DNA of 64,000 nucleotides from Mobula hypostoma (lineage: Eukaryota), in the NCBI RefSeq assembly GCF_963921235.1, contig NC_086108.1:44146001-44210000 (forward strand), written 5' to 3'. Below are positions 37,431 through 50,933 of the stretch, in pieces. A program made the translations under genes and the position numbers. The first letter of the stretch is position 1; each line of letters opens with the position of its first letter. The notes beneath the pieces are model-generated. The model saw only the letters and a program-made list of their open reading frames with translations, was not told where the DNA came from and did not search any database.

Positions 37431-38168
37431 TTTTGGTCCTCACCGGACACTCAGCTCTCACACGTGGCTCCAAGTAGCTGTCTGCATGTGATAGCGGCCA
37501 CCAGGAAACCTAACAAGGAGGAACCTGGCTCTACCATCTGTCTTCCCTAAATTTCTGGAAGGATTGCCAGGATGCTGAAGAAATACCGGATTAATACCAT
37601 CCACAAATCCGTAAGGAAGCTCAAATCACAGCTTATGCGGGTCAAAGATGACCTGGGACTCAGGTTGGCTGGCGTTTACAGGATTCCCTCTGGCTGCCGA
37701 GCAGCGTAAATCAGTCATTCAGGACGAACAGTGGAAACGTGCATGAAGGAGCACAGGAGGTGTATCCATTTGGTTACCCAGAGAAATTGGCGGGAGCAGA
37801 ACATTGCGTTCACAATGGTTGTAGGACTGAATTTGACGGCACAAAACTACTGTGCGGCTCCAATGGCTTTTGGGACCGTCTGGTAAAGGAAATCATTGAA
37901 ATAAAACTAGAGAAAAAGAATCTTAACAAAGACAAAGGACTCATGCTAAGAAAGAACTGAAATTCGGTTGTAAACAAGGTGGTACAGTGGAAACGTGATT
38001 GGATAAGGACTGACCAATCAGCAGGGATGGACATCGGGAGTCAAGTATATGTGCCACCAGACTAGACATGCCCAGGCATTATCCCTGATGAAGATGGCAG
38101 AGTTTGTCATCGAAACATCGGTTAAAATCAATACCTGTACCTGGCTGGAAGCCCAAGGAGAGTTTATT
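37431..38168 (+). mobile_element. Penelope-like element of a second family (GIY-YIG 3' fragment)
   Basis: GVYRIPSGC..GRTVETCMKEHRRCI..AEHCVHNGCRTEFDGTKLL..RLVKEIIEIKLEKKNLNKDKGL; imperfect TSD AATCATTTTRARTGTTRC (37413-37430, 38169-38186). Confidence 0.82.
38079..38125 (+). ncRNA. Minimal hammerhead ribozyme motif (Penelope-type)
   Basis: TTATCC-CTGATGA-A-GATGGCAG-AGT-TTGTCATC-GAAA-CATC-GGTTAA; 8-bp stem II; CATC is probably decayed CGTC. Confidence 0.72.
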
Positions 38169-38822
38169 AATCATTTTAAATGTTGCAATAAAAACGAAGA
38201 TTTGGTGGATATAATCATCAAAAGCATTGTTTGAAGGCAGTCCATTATTGGCACTAGGTATATGTGCTGATTTTGCTCATTTACAGTCAATTAAAAGAAC
38301 ACGGCAGCGTATGCTTAATGAATTCCTCTGTTGTAACTATTAGGAACTACTGTTTTATAGCACTGTAGTTGTAATGTTAGTGTTCTAATTTGTTCTGTAT
38401 TTCATTTAAATACATAATTTGTTAAATGATAGTTCGTCTTTTTTATATGTATGTTTTTAACTATTTCCATGAAACCACCTAATTGGGCAGTTGCTTATTT
38501 GGGCAGACATTCAGCTAAGGACTTGTATCTTCTAGCTTATTAGCTTAGCTGGATAGTCACTACCTCAGCACTCCGCAAAAAAAAGTAGTTCTAACTAGCA
38601 ATTGATATATTCCAATCTACCTAGCTCAATTAGAATCTCAACCCTACACCACACCACTTAACTTTATCTGTTGTGATATAGTCCACAACTCTCAGTAAAA
38701 TAGCTTTGCTTGCAAGCACAACTATGAAGGTGTATTACGCAGCAATGTAAAAACTGACTTGCTTGATAGAGCTTGCACTCTGAAGTAAAAACACATTAAC
38801 AACAAAAGGTGCTGGGGCTTAC

Positions 38823-38967
38823 CCCTGGTTCTGGCTTGACACAGGGGAACGTGCTGAGCTGCCCATCCTTATCCAGTACCACAAAGGTCATGAACGCACT
38901 GTTGATGTGTGTCTTCCTTTCCCAGCCTTCTTGATGGTAAGCTTCTGCACAGACACCAACTTCAAAG
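38823..38967 (-). CDS. ACOT11: ACOT11 exon, 145 nt (second hotdog domain)
   Basis: ttttcag|C FEVGVCAEAYHQEGWERKTHINSAFMTFVVLDKDGQLSTFPCVKPEPG|gtaagc. Confidence 0.96.
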
Positions 38968-39664
38968 CTGAAAATTACCAAAGAAATTTAGAAAATCTCA
39001 TAAGGAACAATTACTACATAAGCTTATCACAATTTAAGAAATAAAAAGGACATTTTTATATTTCACAGCAACCATGATCTATACTGTGCTTTCATGTCAC
39101 CAATGTATAGACTACCAATCCAAACATTATTAAAGTTTAATTAATACATTTTCCACATTATTATAAAAGGTACAATTGTCTCAAATCACCTGCTCACTTT
39201 ACCATATAACCATAATATTATTATCCTCTGCCCCCTCAATCCCATCCAAGTCACTAAAGTCCCTTCCATCTTCCTTCCCTCCTCACTTTTTATCCACCCG
39301 CTCAACAAACTGATCCTGGAATAGTTCTTGGCAATCACTAGCATATCACACAACTTATTAGTCAAATGCTAGCTTAGACAGTAGACATCAATAAGCAGTC
39401 ATATAAGTTTTGGTTTTAAACCTCTTAGTAACTGATCAATGAAAATACTCACATTTCTGCAGCCCATTTTGTAACCTCAAGATATTCCAAACCACTTCAA
39501 AGTTAAAAGCAAATTTATTACTAAAATACGTATATGTCACCATATGCTAAGATTAATTTTCTTGCAGGCATTCACAGTAGAACAAAGAAATACAATGAAA
39601 TAACTGTAGGGTAATAACTGTTCCTAAACCTGGTGGTGTGTTATCAATAGGGTGCTAACACCTT

Positions 39665-41336
39665 TTTTTTTAAATCGGGTTTTTGCACCCAAGGGGGGGA
39701 CGTACTTTCGTAGTTGGCCACAATCTTACGGTGGTCAATCCAGCACCCAGCACCTCTCATGGCAGGGGTGATGAGAACATCCTTGAAGTCACTACGTCTC
39801 ACAATGATGAAGTCGATCATGTGCCAGTGTTTCTGTTGCTGGAAAGGTCCTGGCTAAGGTGATGCTTCCGAGACTCATCAGCAACATCACCGAGTCAATG
39901 CTGCCTGAATCACAGTGTGCATTTAGGAAGAACAGGAGCATGATCGACATGATCTTTACAGCCCGGCAGCTTCAGGAAAAGTGCCGGAGCAACATCAGGA
40001 CCTGTTTATGGCCTTTGTCGACCTCTCCAAAGCATTCGACACTGTGCAAAGATAGCTCTTATGGGATGTCCTTCTCAGGTAGCATCCTCCGCCAGTTCCA
40101 CGATGGGATGACTGCTCGGGTGACCATAGGAGGACAAGAGCCTGAGCCCTTGCTTGTATGTACAGGGGTGAGGCAGGGGTGTGTACTAGAGCCAGTGTTC
40201 TTTAACGTCTTCCTCTTGTGTGTTACCAAGCTTCTCCACAACAAGATTGAAGACAGCAGCGGTGTGGCAGTGGACGTCAGATTAGATGGCAACCTCTTTG
40301 ACATCAGAAGGCTCCACGCAACCACCAAACTCCATAGAGAGCAGGTCCTGGAGCTGCAGTATGCAGACAACTGTGCTCTTGTGGCCCATACTCCAGAGGA
40401 TCTTCAGATTGTCCTTGCTGTGGCGGTGAGAGCGTACAGCAGGATGGGGCTGACTGTCAATACCACCAAGACAGAAGTGGTTTGCCAATGGAGTACCAGT
40501 GTCACACCCACTCTACCTGCCTTCACTGTTGGTGATGAAAAGCTGTCAGTAGTGCCATCTTTCAAATATCTGGGGAGCATTCTCTCTGAGGATAGCAGCA
40601 TTGATGACAACATCCAGAGCCACATTAAACAGGCATTAGCTTCCTTTGGGAGACTTCAGCATAGAGTCTTTCAGGACAGGACCCTTCGTCCCTCCACAAA
40701 GGTCGCCGTATACCAAGCGGTCTGTGTCACCACCCTCCTTTACAGCTGTGAAGCTTGGGTAACCTACAGCTGTCACATCAAGTCCTTGGAGCGCTTCCAC
40801 ATAAGCTGCCTCCAGCGCATCCTGGGAATTACCTGGCGTGAGCGGGTGCCTCACACTGAAATACTTGTAAAGACCAACTGCAGGAGTATTGAAGCCATGA
40901 TCACCCAGTGTCAGCTGCAGTGGCTGGGGCACGTGATAAGGATGCCCCCATGTTGGCTACCCCGCAGAGTGTTATACGGCCAGCTACATCATGGAAGGCT
41001 GAAGAAGTGCTATAAGGATCAGATGAAGAATGCTTTAAGGAAGTGCAAGATCAGACTCGAGGACCTGGAGGATGTTGCTGCTGACCGTATCACGTGGCGA
41101 CGGCTGTATAGGGATGGGGTTCGTGTTCTGGAGATGGAAAGAACAACCAGAAGACAGCAGAAGAGAGCTAGGAGAAATGCAGCCATGGTTGCCACCACTA
41201 CTAGATATACATGTCCCACCTGCAATAGAGCTTGTGGGTCCAGGATAAGACTGTATAGTCATCAAAGATCTCACCGTTAAAAGGAGTGGACATCGTCATC
41301 GGATTTTGATGGGCAACGAGAGAGAGCGAGAGAAGA
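39665..41336 (+). mobile_element. RTE-clade LINE, 5'-truncated with 5' inversion
   Basis: LPESQCAFRKNRSMIDMIFTARQLQEKC, GVRQGCVL, ELQYADNCAL, LQWLGHVIRM, C-terminal CPTCNRAC..SHQRSH; GA-rich tail; TSD GCTAACACCTT (39654-39664, 41337-41347). Confidence 0.92.
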
Positions 41337-42324
41337 GCTAACACCTTGCTATCAATGGAAAATCTTGATGCATAGAGGCATGTTTTAACGTGTAAAATGT
41401 GACACCCACTTTTACCAGAGTAAATTTTTCAAAGCGCCTGGAGCAATTTCAATGTCACCCAGCTCTGCCTCAACCGATAGCTAAGCAGAATTTTCTACAG
41501 ACAGCAGTTAAGGTTTTAATTTAATGTTCCATCTGACATTCATAACAAGTGGCAGCATCAGACGCAGTCAGTACTCAATTCTGTGGATTGCTAACTTTAA
41601 ATTACAATCTTCTGACACAAAAGGGGAGTGTAGACACAATGTATATTGATCAATTCACTTTCCAGCTGTTATCAGACAGCTTAATGCAGAGTTGTGCAGT
41701 TATATTTTTAATGTAACACATCATTTACTGATTAAAACCACAGATAGATATTATCCTGCTCCACCCCAACACAGTTATGTGGAGGAGCGAACAGATACTG
41801 CAATTAATCTCCATAACGGGTAGGCCCTTGATAAGCTCAGTTCTTTTGGGAACACAAGATAAACTTACACACAGTGTTGAAATACCATTTATCAGTTCTG
41901 AATTTGAATAAAGCTTCTTCCCAATCTCATGTTTTTAAATCTTGAAAATGGCAGGAAGATTGAATTCAAGGCAGATTTTACACATAGAAAGACTTCGATA
42001 ATCTTCTAAATTTTATAACAAAAGCATTATCTTGGCTATCAGTCTTCAACAGAAAAACAGTCATCATCTACAGTGCATGTAATTTACTGTGACCCTCTTA
42101 CCCTGAATACACTGGAGACATGGCAACTTAAACAGCAGTCCTTAGCTAGAAGCAGGCAGTGTAATATCCCTCTTATCACACACTTTATCATCAACCAAAG
42201 CTTGGGTCAAATTCCAGAAAAGTTTTCTCAGATAAACAAAAGAACAATATCCTTAATTATTCCAGCCCAACAGAGAAAAAACAATTGAATTTGAATTTTT
42301 TGGCACCTTTAGCAAAGTGAAATT

Positions 42325-42403
42325 TGGGGTTCCCAACCTTTATTATGTCATGGACCCTCACGATGAATTGAAGGGTCCGTGGATCCCAGGAAGGGAATCC
42401 CTG
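42325..42403. mobile_element. Possible ~80-bp hAT-type MITE
   Basis: Imperfect terminal inverted repeats GGGGTTCCCAACCT / AGGAAGGGAATCCC and internal TGGACCCT / AGGGTCCG. Confidence 0.4.
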
Positions 42404-43571
42404 CACCCAATTACTTCAAATTTTCACTGGATGCTGATGGCATCCACTTCAAACCTTCCATCCACTTTTCTAGATCTTTCTGCTTCTCACTGCTGCAAAA
42501 TGTTCACTAAGAACTTTATCTTCCTCTTTCAGCTCGACAAGCGGGTTATCTTTTTGCTCCCAAGTGTACACAACTTTCCCAAGTTATGTTTGTTCTCTAT
42601 GTAGATATCAATAATTAGTTTTCTTTCATTTAGCATTGGTTCCCTAATTTCACTCCTATTCTTTCTAAAGTTTTCAAGGTTTTCTGAAATATTCTGCTCA
42701 GCATCTGACACAAGTTTCCTCCATTTCCTTTCATACATCTTGTAATTCAGAATTGCTCTAGATTTGCCTATCTGTTCCTTTCACTTGTTCAAACCTGTTT
42801 ACCCCAAACCCATCGCATCTCCTTTTTAAGGTGTCTCTCGTTGCTCCAAGACTGATTTGCTTCTCCTGTGTATGTTTTTAAAATAACTTCTCAGTCAAGG
42901 AAAACTAACCCCACTCCAATTTAGAACTTTACCCCTATTTTATCCTTTTGACATTTTGCATTACATTGAGAAATGTAATTGAATTGTGAATACTTTGTCA
43001 AAATGGTCTACCTCTAATACTCCTTCAAACAACCCAGCTTCATTCCCTAAAGAAATCTTTACAACAGACCTATGATGTGACTGTCTCTTTTTGTTTGCCC
43101 TTTAATTCAACCTATATAGCCTTCTTTAGGATCCTAACATAACATCCCTCTTCAACCAATATTGATTGCCAACTCCCCTTCTTCATTTTGTCTAAAACCT
43201 TGTGAGCAGGTACATCAAGCTTCCAGCCCAGAGATACCACCTTCTACTCTCAGAACACTTCACCCTTCCTAAAACAAAAACACAAAGGTGAACCATCCAA
43301 TACCTCACCCAAGTGGAATTCAACATGTGTCATCCAACACCACATGCAGCATGAACCCTGCCCCTGGGAATATCAATTAGAACTCTGCTTCTTAACTACA
43401 AAGATGAAAGTTAAACTAGCTTCAACACCATACTCCAGTGAACCCAACTACACAGTTTGTCTTCTAAATTTAATTTGATTTGTTGATAAGAAGTTATTAG
43501 TTGTCATGGAAAAGTTCTAGGTTTAAAATGGAGTTTTCAAGCAAAGTTAAAAATATCTGCTCTCCCCTCAC

Positions 43572-43691
43572 CTTTTTTTAAATGCATTGTTAACTATAGC
43601 CTTCAATGTTATACGGTCTCCAACTTGTGAGGGTCCCCTGAAGTGAAACATTTCAATAGTCTTCAGCACTGGATGTCCTTTGCAGAAACGG
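43572..43691 (-). CDS. ACOT11: ACOT11 exon, 120 nt (second hotdog domain)
   Basis: gttgtag|C [40 protein letters not shown]|gtgagg. Confidence 0.96.
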
Positions 43692-44369
43692 CTACAACCA
43701 GGAGTTTAAACAGAAGAAATTACATTGTCACAGATTAATCAGCAAAGGAGCATATCTTCAGATGAGCAAAACATGTGTCATTCTGCTGTCCATTGATCCC
43801 TTCCAATCAAATGCAACATGAAAAATATGAACTGATTTAACTAAACATGGAGTACATAGTTTTGAACAAGACTATATTAAAGGAGCAGAATTCTACCAAA
43901 AGTCTGTCATTTCTATCTAACACTGTTTCTATTTCAAATAATGCCCTAAAATGATCAGTTGTGAACCTTCAGGTTACATTTCTTTACCAAGCATCAGCTT
44001 CACACCGGAGGTTAATTGATACAAGTGCAGCGTAGCATGGCTTAGTTAGATTCAAATTGCCCAAAGCAGAGCTGATCTTCAGAAGTAATAGGAAGCTTTT
44101 CAACTTTCAGCAACTACACTCCAGAACCAAAGTGATCTAAACCTCAGAAGCTGAGCAGCAACCCGCGCATAATGATTGCATTTGCTTCATCTTCAAGCCA
44201 TAATTAACGCTTGAATTTTCAACCGAATCAGATTTTGACCTCTTTCAATGGCTCTACATTTAACGTAATTCCTAAACTTACACTGGATTTATTGAAATTC
44301 TGCAGAGAAAGCAGAAGCTACATTATATTTCACTGAAGTAATTTCACTGCAGGTTAGCAGGTCTTTTCA

Positions 44370-44910
44370 GCAAGTCAGGCAGCATCTATGGAGGTGAATA
44401 AATGGATGACGTTTTGAGCTGATACTCTTCATCAGGACTGGAAAGGAATGGGGAAGATGCCAGAATAAGGTGGCGGGGGGACAACAAGTTAGAAGGTGAC
44501 AGATGAAGCCAGCTGACTGAGGGAGGGGTGATGAAGTAAGAAGCTAGGAGGTGAAAACTGGAAAAGGGAAAAGGGCTGGAGAAGGAGTCTGGTAGGAGAG
44601 GAGAGTGGATGCTGGGAGAAAAGGAAGGAGAAGGGGCAATAGGGGGAGGAGATAAAACAGTTGAAGAGGGAAGAGGCCAAAGTGCAGAAATTAAGAAGAG
44701 GGGAGGGGGAGGGGAAACATTACCAGAAGTTGGAGAAATCTATGTTCATGCCATCAAGTTGGAGGCTACCTAGAAAGAATACAAGAAGTTGCTTCTCCCA
44801 ATCTGAGAGTGCCGTCATTGTGACAGAAGAGGAGGCCATGGATTGACATGGAACGTGAATGGAGAAAGGAATTGAAATGGATGGCGACCTTTAAATTTCG
44901 CTTTTTGCAG
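44370..44910 (-). mobile_element. Decayed Penelope-like 3' fragment with hammerhead remnant
   Basis: Colinear with 25605-26150; minus strand reads AGTCCTGATGAAGAGTATCAGCTCAAAACGTC. Confidence 0.75.
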
Positions 44911-46199
44911 ATGGAGCTATCTCTACAAAGTTGGCAGTGTTCCCAGCAGTGTCTTTCTTTCCCCTCAGATTCAGCAGCTTCAAGGCTAGAGGGACAAATT
45001 ACAGAAGGGGGAAGAAAATCGTTTCATAAATTTAACGCTTATAGTGCAAATGTTGATACCAGGGAAGTAAATTGAAGGAGCCCCCACAGGCCATGTAAAA
45101 CAGAATGTTTGTTTCTGGATGCAAGGATTAAATAATAATGCCACAACTGCAGGGTGCCCCAAGGTGCTTCACAGTGATGCAACAAGACAGAAAAATGATG
45201 CCTTAATCAGAGGTTGGTTTTAAAAAGTACTTGAAGGAAGAGTGGAGAACAGAGTAGGTGGGAGGTTTCTGATTAGATTTGTCACGTCCATCAAAACATA
45301 CAGTGAAACGTGTCGTGTGCAATCTGAGGATACGTCAGGGGCAGCGTACAAGTGTTGCCGGTGCCGCCGGTGCCAACATAGCCTACAACTTAATTTCTAT
45401 ACATCTTGGCAATATATGTGGGAGGAAGTTGAAGTTCGATCATCATTCAACCATACTGAATACAGCAAAGTGAAACAGCGTTCCTCTGAGGCCAAGATGA
45501 AAAGCACAGTAACAACAGTCACACATAGTACACAGCACGTATAGCATATATAATTATTATAGCAGAAAAATGTACAGTTACATTAAAAAACAGCCGAGAG
45601 TCATGGCCTGTAGATTGATGGTGCATGGATGGATGTTGTCCTGGAGTCCCGTTTCTGCAAGAATGCCCACGGCAGTTCTCATCTCATGCGAGTGCAACCA
45701 CAGACAAAGGCAATCCAGCCGGTCTTCCTCCGAGTGATTACTAGAGGGCAGCACTGATGAGAGGGACCAGCCCACAACCAAGTACTGAATCCAGCGGCAC
45801 ATGGCCAGCTCTGGCATCTTCTTCCCCGGCGGCTGCGGCAGGCACCCCTGAGGCATGAGGGGCCTTGCCTGCGTGATAACCGAAGCAACGCAGCTCGCCT
45901 CTTGTCAGAGCCAGTGAATCAGACTCTCAGTATACTGTTACCAATGTCCAACAGGGTCTTGGGAGCATGACAAAAACATCCAAGACGATCACCCACACCG
46001 AACATTGGACCACGCTCTGTTCACCGCCTCCGACGCCTTCTCCCCTGGGTGGCTGCAGCAGTCCAACTCCGAGAAATTTGCAAGTGGGGTAGACCTGCTA
46101 AACGATGTTCTTAATATCCAGCAGAGTCTTGCCATCTTTAAAGGGCCATAAAGGGTGAACAATTACACCTTTGGTTGGACTCAGAGAGGCCGTTGCCAT

Positions 46200-46317
46200 C
46201 ATTCCAGAGGAACCCATATAAGTCACTATCAAACTCCTTGCAGTCAGCAACAGGAATTGAACCCTGATCACTGGCACTATAATAGCCTTACACTTACCAC
46301 TGCACATCTGTGCCACC
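46200..46317 (-). mobile_element. tRNA-derived SINE head
   Basis: Minus strand GGTGGCACAGATGTGCAGTGG (A-box-like) ... GGTTCAATTCC (B box). Confidence 0.6.
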
Positions 46318-47049
46318 AGAATTATTATTGAATATATAATATAGGGGTTTAAACATGTGGCTCCCCACAAACATAAAAGACAGGATGCAGAAGAAAAGAA
46401 GATTCAGGGATGAGGATTTAATGCAAATTGACATGCAGAAAGTGAAGTGTAAGGCTCTGAAGGGATTAAATACACATCAGGGTCATGGGCACACAAACCT
46501 TGATGCAGAAGGAATATTTATAGAGGAGAGTGGAGAATGGGAAGCCAGGTAATGATTCTGTCTGGATTTGAGAAAGCTGTGGATGAGGGCTTTGTGGCAG
46601 ATGGGCAGGGTTTGAGTTGGATACAATTAAAAATTAATCCTAATGAACCTCACTGTGATTAATTAATCCTAACAATCACTGTCACACGCAGCAAGATGAA
46701 AGTATAATTCACTGATATCAGAATTTAAAATTTCATCAACTATCAAGACTTCTCTCAAGCTTAAATTCTACACCTCTCTTCTTCATTGTCACATGGGTCC
46801 ATCTGGTGGACAGTCTTAGTAGCAACCGATTTATGAATCACAAGAATTTATTGCTGAGTGATGGCTATTGTGTCCAAAGCAACTGACAATAAGCCATCTA
46901 ACCTCAACCTATTTTCCAGTTCTTAGGGTGTAGCCTTGCAGGTCATTAAGAAATCAAGTCCTTGCCCATTAGGATTTTTAAATTCTAATGAGAATTTTAA
47001 CCTTCTACCAAGGGTTCGATAGTCAAGTTCAGAGAATAGCATCCAGGGA

Positions 47050-47340
47050 CACATGTTCAAATCCTTCGATGGCAGTCAGGGAATTTAAATTCAAATAAGT
47101 AATTTTATCTGGAACTGAAAATCCAGTATCAGTAATGTTAACTATGAAACAAATCAGACCGTCATAAAATCCTATATGAATCATTAACATTCTTCAGGAA
47201 AGGAAATCTTTCATCTTTACCCCACATGGCTAACAAGTGATTCCAGACCCTCAGTAGATTGGTTGACTTTAAATTTCATTAGTTAAAGAGCAATTTGGAT
47301 AGATAAAAATGTCCACATTGCCTGTGATTCCCACGTTCTT
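47050..47340 (+). mobile_element. Decayed SINE-like element
   Basis: B-box-like GTTCAAATCC followed by a body resembling a common elasmobranch SINE (recognised from memory, not searched). Confidence 0.45.
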
Positions 47341-47889
47341 TTCGCTAGTGATTTCAAACTCTTCATGCTCTGGGGAAAATAATTTCATCTCATATGTATG
47401 TTCTAAAATTCCTTTCAGTAATTACTTTAAAACCATAGTCCCTAGTTGTTAACTCTCTGCAAAAGGAAATGCATCCCTCCAATTCACTTCTGTCTGAATC
47501 ACTTAATAAAATTAAAACAGTTAATAGTGGCAACCTGACTGTAGCAATATCTCCCAGGATATCTCACAAAAGTATGACCAAACCAAATTTGGCACCAAAT
47601 TAATTAAGAAGATATTAAGGTAAATGAAGTCAGATTTTAAGAACATCTTAGGAGGAAAGAGAGATGTGTGTGGGGGGAGGAACTCCAGAACCTGGGGTCT
47701 AAGAACAGCTGGCCTGACCATCATATTGCAAATTGTGAGGATAGGCATCTAACCTCAACCTGTTTTCCAGTTGTTAAGCGTGTAGCCTTGCAGGTTATTG
47801 AGAAATCAAGTCTTTGCCCATTAGGATTTTTATAATTAATCTTTGTCACAATTATTCTCAACACTCATGCCCCACAATATTGTGTCCTC

Positions 47890-48430
47890 AGACCCCCTTC
47901 TCTACCCCCTACACACTCACAATTGTATAGCCAGATTGGTGAATCACCGACCTGGTATGGCAACTATTCTGATTGTGACCGCAAGGAATGGCAGTGAGTG
48001 GAATGTGAAGCAGCTCATCACACAACAGAAACCAGCCCTCCCACCCCCCACGGACTGCCTACACTTCTCACTGCCACAGTGAGGCAGCTGACACCATAAC
48101 CTCTCCCTCTTCTCACCCCTCCCGCTGGGCAGAAAACATAAACACCCGAAATTACATACTACCAAGCTCAAGTGACAGCTTCTATCACACTGTTACAAGA
48201 ATTAAACGGTTCGCTGGCATGATAAGACGAACTCTTGACCTCACAATCTTCCTCACCTTGCACCTTATCTGCACTGCCTTTCTCTGTAACTGCAATATTA
48301 ATTCTGCATTTTGTTATTGTTTTACCTTGTACTATCTCAACACACTGTTGTACTGAAATGATCTGTTGGGACAGTGTGCAAGTTTATCACCTTACCTTGG
48401 CATATGTGACCATAATAAGCCAACTGACCA
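47890..48430 (+). mobile_element. Decayed Rex/Babar-type LINE 3' fragment
   Basis: PLLYPLHTHNCIA and 3' region similar to the other Rex/Babar copies. Confidence 0.55.
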
Positions 48431-49199
48431 ATGACAGATTGCATTGGAGATCAGAAATGTAGGGGCTGAGATAACTCAATGGGTCATAGGGGTTGGAAGT
48501 GGCACAACAACTTGGAAAGGAAAAGCTTTGTGATTAGAAATTCAGGATATTTTTACTTTTAAGATGGATGTTTAACCTGAGCCAACATGGGTGAAGGGTG
48601 GATGAGCAGAATAGGAGGATGGGTGGGACTTAGTGCTAAAGGATACTTTATATTTTGGAGATCATAGCTTTTTTCAATTTTCCCAATACTTTTCCAAATG
48701 GTGTTTCATTATCCCAAAATATTTCTAAGGGATTCGACTTTTAAAATATGAACTCGACATCCTGTTAAATACAGAAGTTCCAAAGGTCACAAAGAAGTCT
48801 GACCCTCTTCATTCTTTCTTTGTGAACTGCCTGCAGTGTTGGCTAGTAAGTAAAACAAATAGACACAAGGAACTGATTGAGGGAAGAGTAGAAAATGAGG
48901 AGCAGTTAGAGAGACAACCAGGGGTTACAGAAGATGAATGAAGTAAAGCAATTTGGTAGGTGTAGTCATCAAACAAGTACATAATCTAATGGAACTGGGA
49001 AGATTGCAGTGCAGTTTTGATGAAGGGTTCCAGAATGAAACATCAACTGTTTTCTGTTCTACAGTTGCCGCCTGCTAAAATTTTCTTTTCGTAACTTAGC
49101 TGTAAATTCTGACAGGTCAGATAACAATAGAATCAGAAAATAAACCTGAAATAAAGGGCCAAACATGAGCATCACTAAAGCTGCTTTTTTAAAAAAATT

Positions 49200-50272
49200 A
49201 ATCGATTACAGCCTGGAGTTCCATACCGTTATCTCTTTGGTACCGATCACCAAGCTTCAAAACATGGGCCTCTGTACCTCCTTCTGCAATTAGATCCTCC
49301 ATTTTGTTTTTGGGAAACCAGTCACTGTGGATAAGTGATAGTACTTCCTCCTCACTGGCTAGCAACACAGGTGGACCCCATGGATGTGTGCTTAATCCAC
49401 TGTTTTACTCTCTCCACACTTATGACTGTGCGGCTAAGCACAGCTCAAACACCATCTATAAATTTGCAGATGGTACTATCATTGTTTGTAGGATCTCAGA
49501 TTTCAAGGAGGCATACAGGAGCAAGGCCGATCAGCTGGCTGAGTGATGTCACAACAACAATGTCGTACTCAATATCAGCAAAACCAAGGAACTGATTGTG
49601 TACTGTAGGAAGGGAAAGTCAGGACAACACACCTAGCTCTCACTGATGGGTCAGCAGTCGAAAGCTGTGAGCTGTTTTGAGTTCCTGGGCATAAATTTCT
49701 CAGGGGAGCTATCCTGAGCCCAATGCATTGATGAAATAATGAAGAAGGCATGCCATCAGCTCTACTTTGTTATGAGTTTGAAAATATTTGGTATGTCACC
49801 AAAGACTCTTATAAATTTCTATACATCTGTAGTGGAGAGCATTCTGATTGGTTACATCATAGTCTAGTATGGAACCTCTAATACACAGGATTACAAGAAG
49901 CTGCAGAGTTATAGACTCAAACAGATCCATGACGGGTATAGCCCTCCAAACCATTGAGGACATCTTCAAGAGCTGATACATCGATCGCTAAGGGCCTCAC
50001 TACCTGGGACATGCCCTCTTCTCATGACTACCATCCTGGAGGAGGTACAGGAGTCTGAAAAACAACACTCAACGATTCAGCAACAGTTTCTTAGCTTCCA
50101 CCATCAGATTTCTAAATGATCCGTGAAACCATGAACACTACCTCGTTATTCCTTTCCTTTTGCACTATTTATTTATTTAGTAATTTATAGATTTGTGTCT
50201 TTGCACTGTACTGCTGCTGCAAAATAACAAATGCCATATAATTCAGTGATAATAAATCTAATTCTGATTCTG
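49200..50272 (+). mobile_element. Rex/Babar-type LINE RT fragment
   Basis: NTGGPHGCVLNPLFYSLHTYDCAAKHSSNTIYKFADGTIIV; AATAAA followed by an (ATTCTG)n tail. Confidence 0.85.
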
Positions 50273-50908
50273 TTCCTAATCAAAAACCAGGAGGTGAGCA
50301 ACAACCATCAATAAATAGAAAAGGGAAGGTGAAACAATCAAATTGATGAAAAACCTTTTAAACAATTCTGCTGACTTGGACAAGGCAATTATTGATTACA
50401 GACTGTACATCTGGACAAGTTCCCAAAATGTTATTAAATTCAGAACTCCAATATGTGCATGCATACACTCATTCCTATGAATGGCAGCACTAGTTTACTC
50501 TCTCTCTCTCTAACTCATTTTTCTTTATTCTCTTAAGTGCTTTTGATGCCACTCTTTACAACACTGTGTAAGCAGGATTACCATAACGAATGATTTTGCG
50601 CATTATCTGACTCTTGGACAAAAATCAACCAATGGACATCTGTAAAAACAGAAGCCAAGGACGGCCTGTATAGTTTCATCATCAGTACTTGGAGAGCGGG
50701 ATTGAGAAGTAGTTGATGGGTGAGAGGCCAGGTGTACAGGACTGAATGGGATCTGGGATCAGCCAGGATTAAATGTCCCAGCAGACTCGATGGGCTGAAT
50801 GGCCCAATTCTGCTCCTATGGCATATGGTCTTATGGGAAAAGGCACTCTATTTGTTTTTGCATGCCCCAAGTCTGACAGCATAGATGATACATTGGAACC
50901 AGAACACA

Positions 50909-50933
50909 TAGATAGATAGATAGATAGATAGAT
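50909..50933. repeat. (TAGA)n microsatellite, tail of a ~62-bp minus-strand retroelement 3' end
   Basis: Tandem TAGA followed by ACTTTATTAATCCCGAGGGAAATT; AACACAT on both sides (50903-50909, 50972-50978). Confidence 0.7.

Larger units (their letters stand above)
36976..38505. mobile_element. Second copy of the pogo/Tigger-like non-autonomous element
   Basis: Starts TA|CAGTGGATTCCCATTAATTTGG; colinear with 7522-8580; right TIR not seen. Confidence 0.7.
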
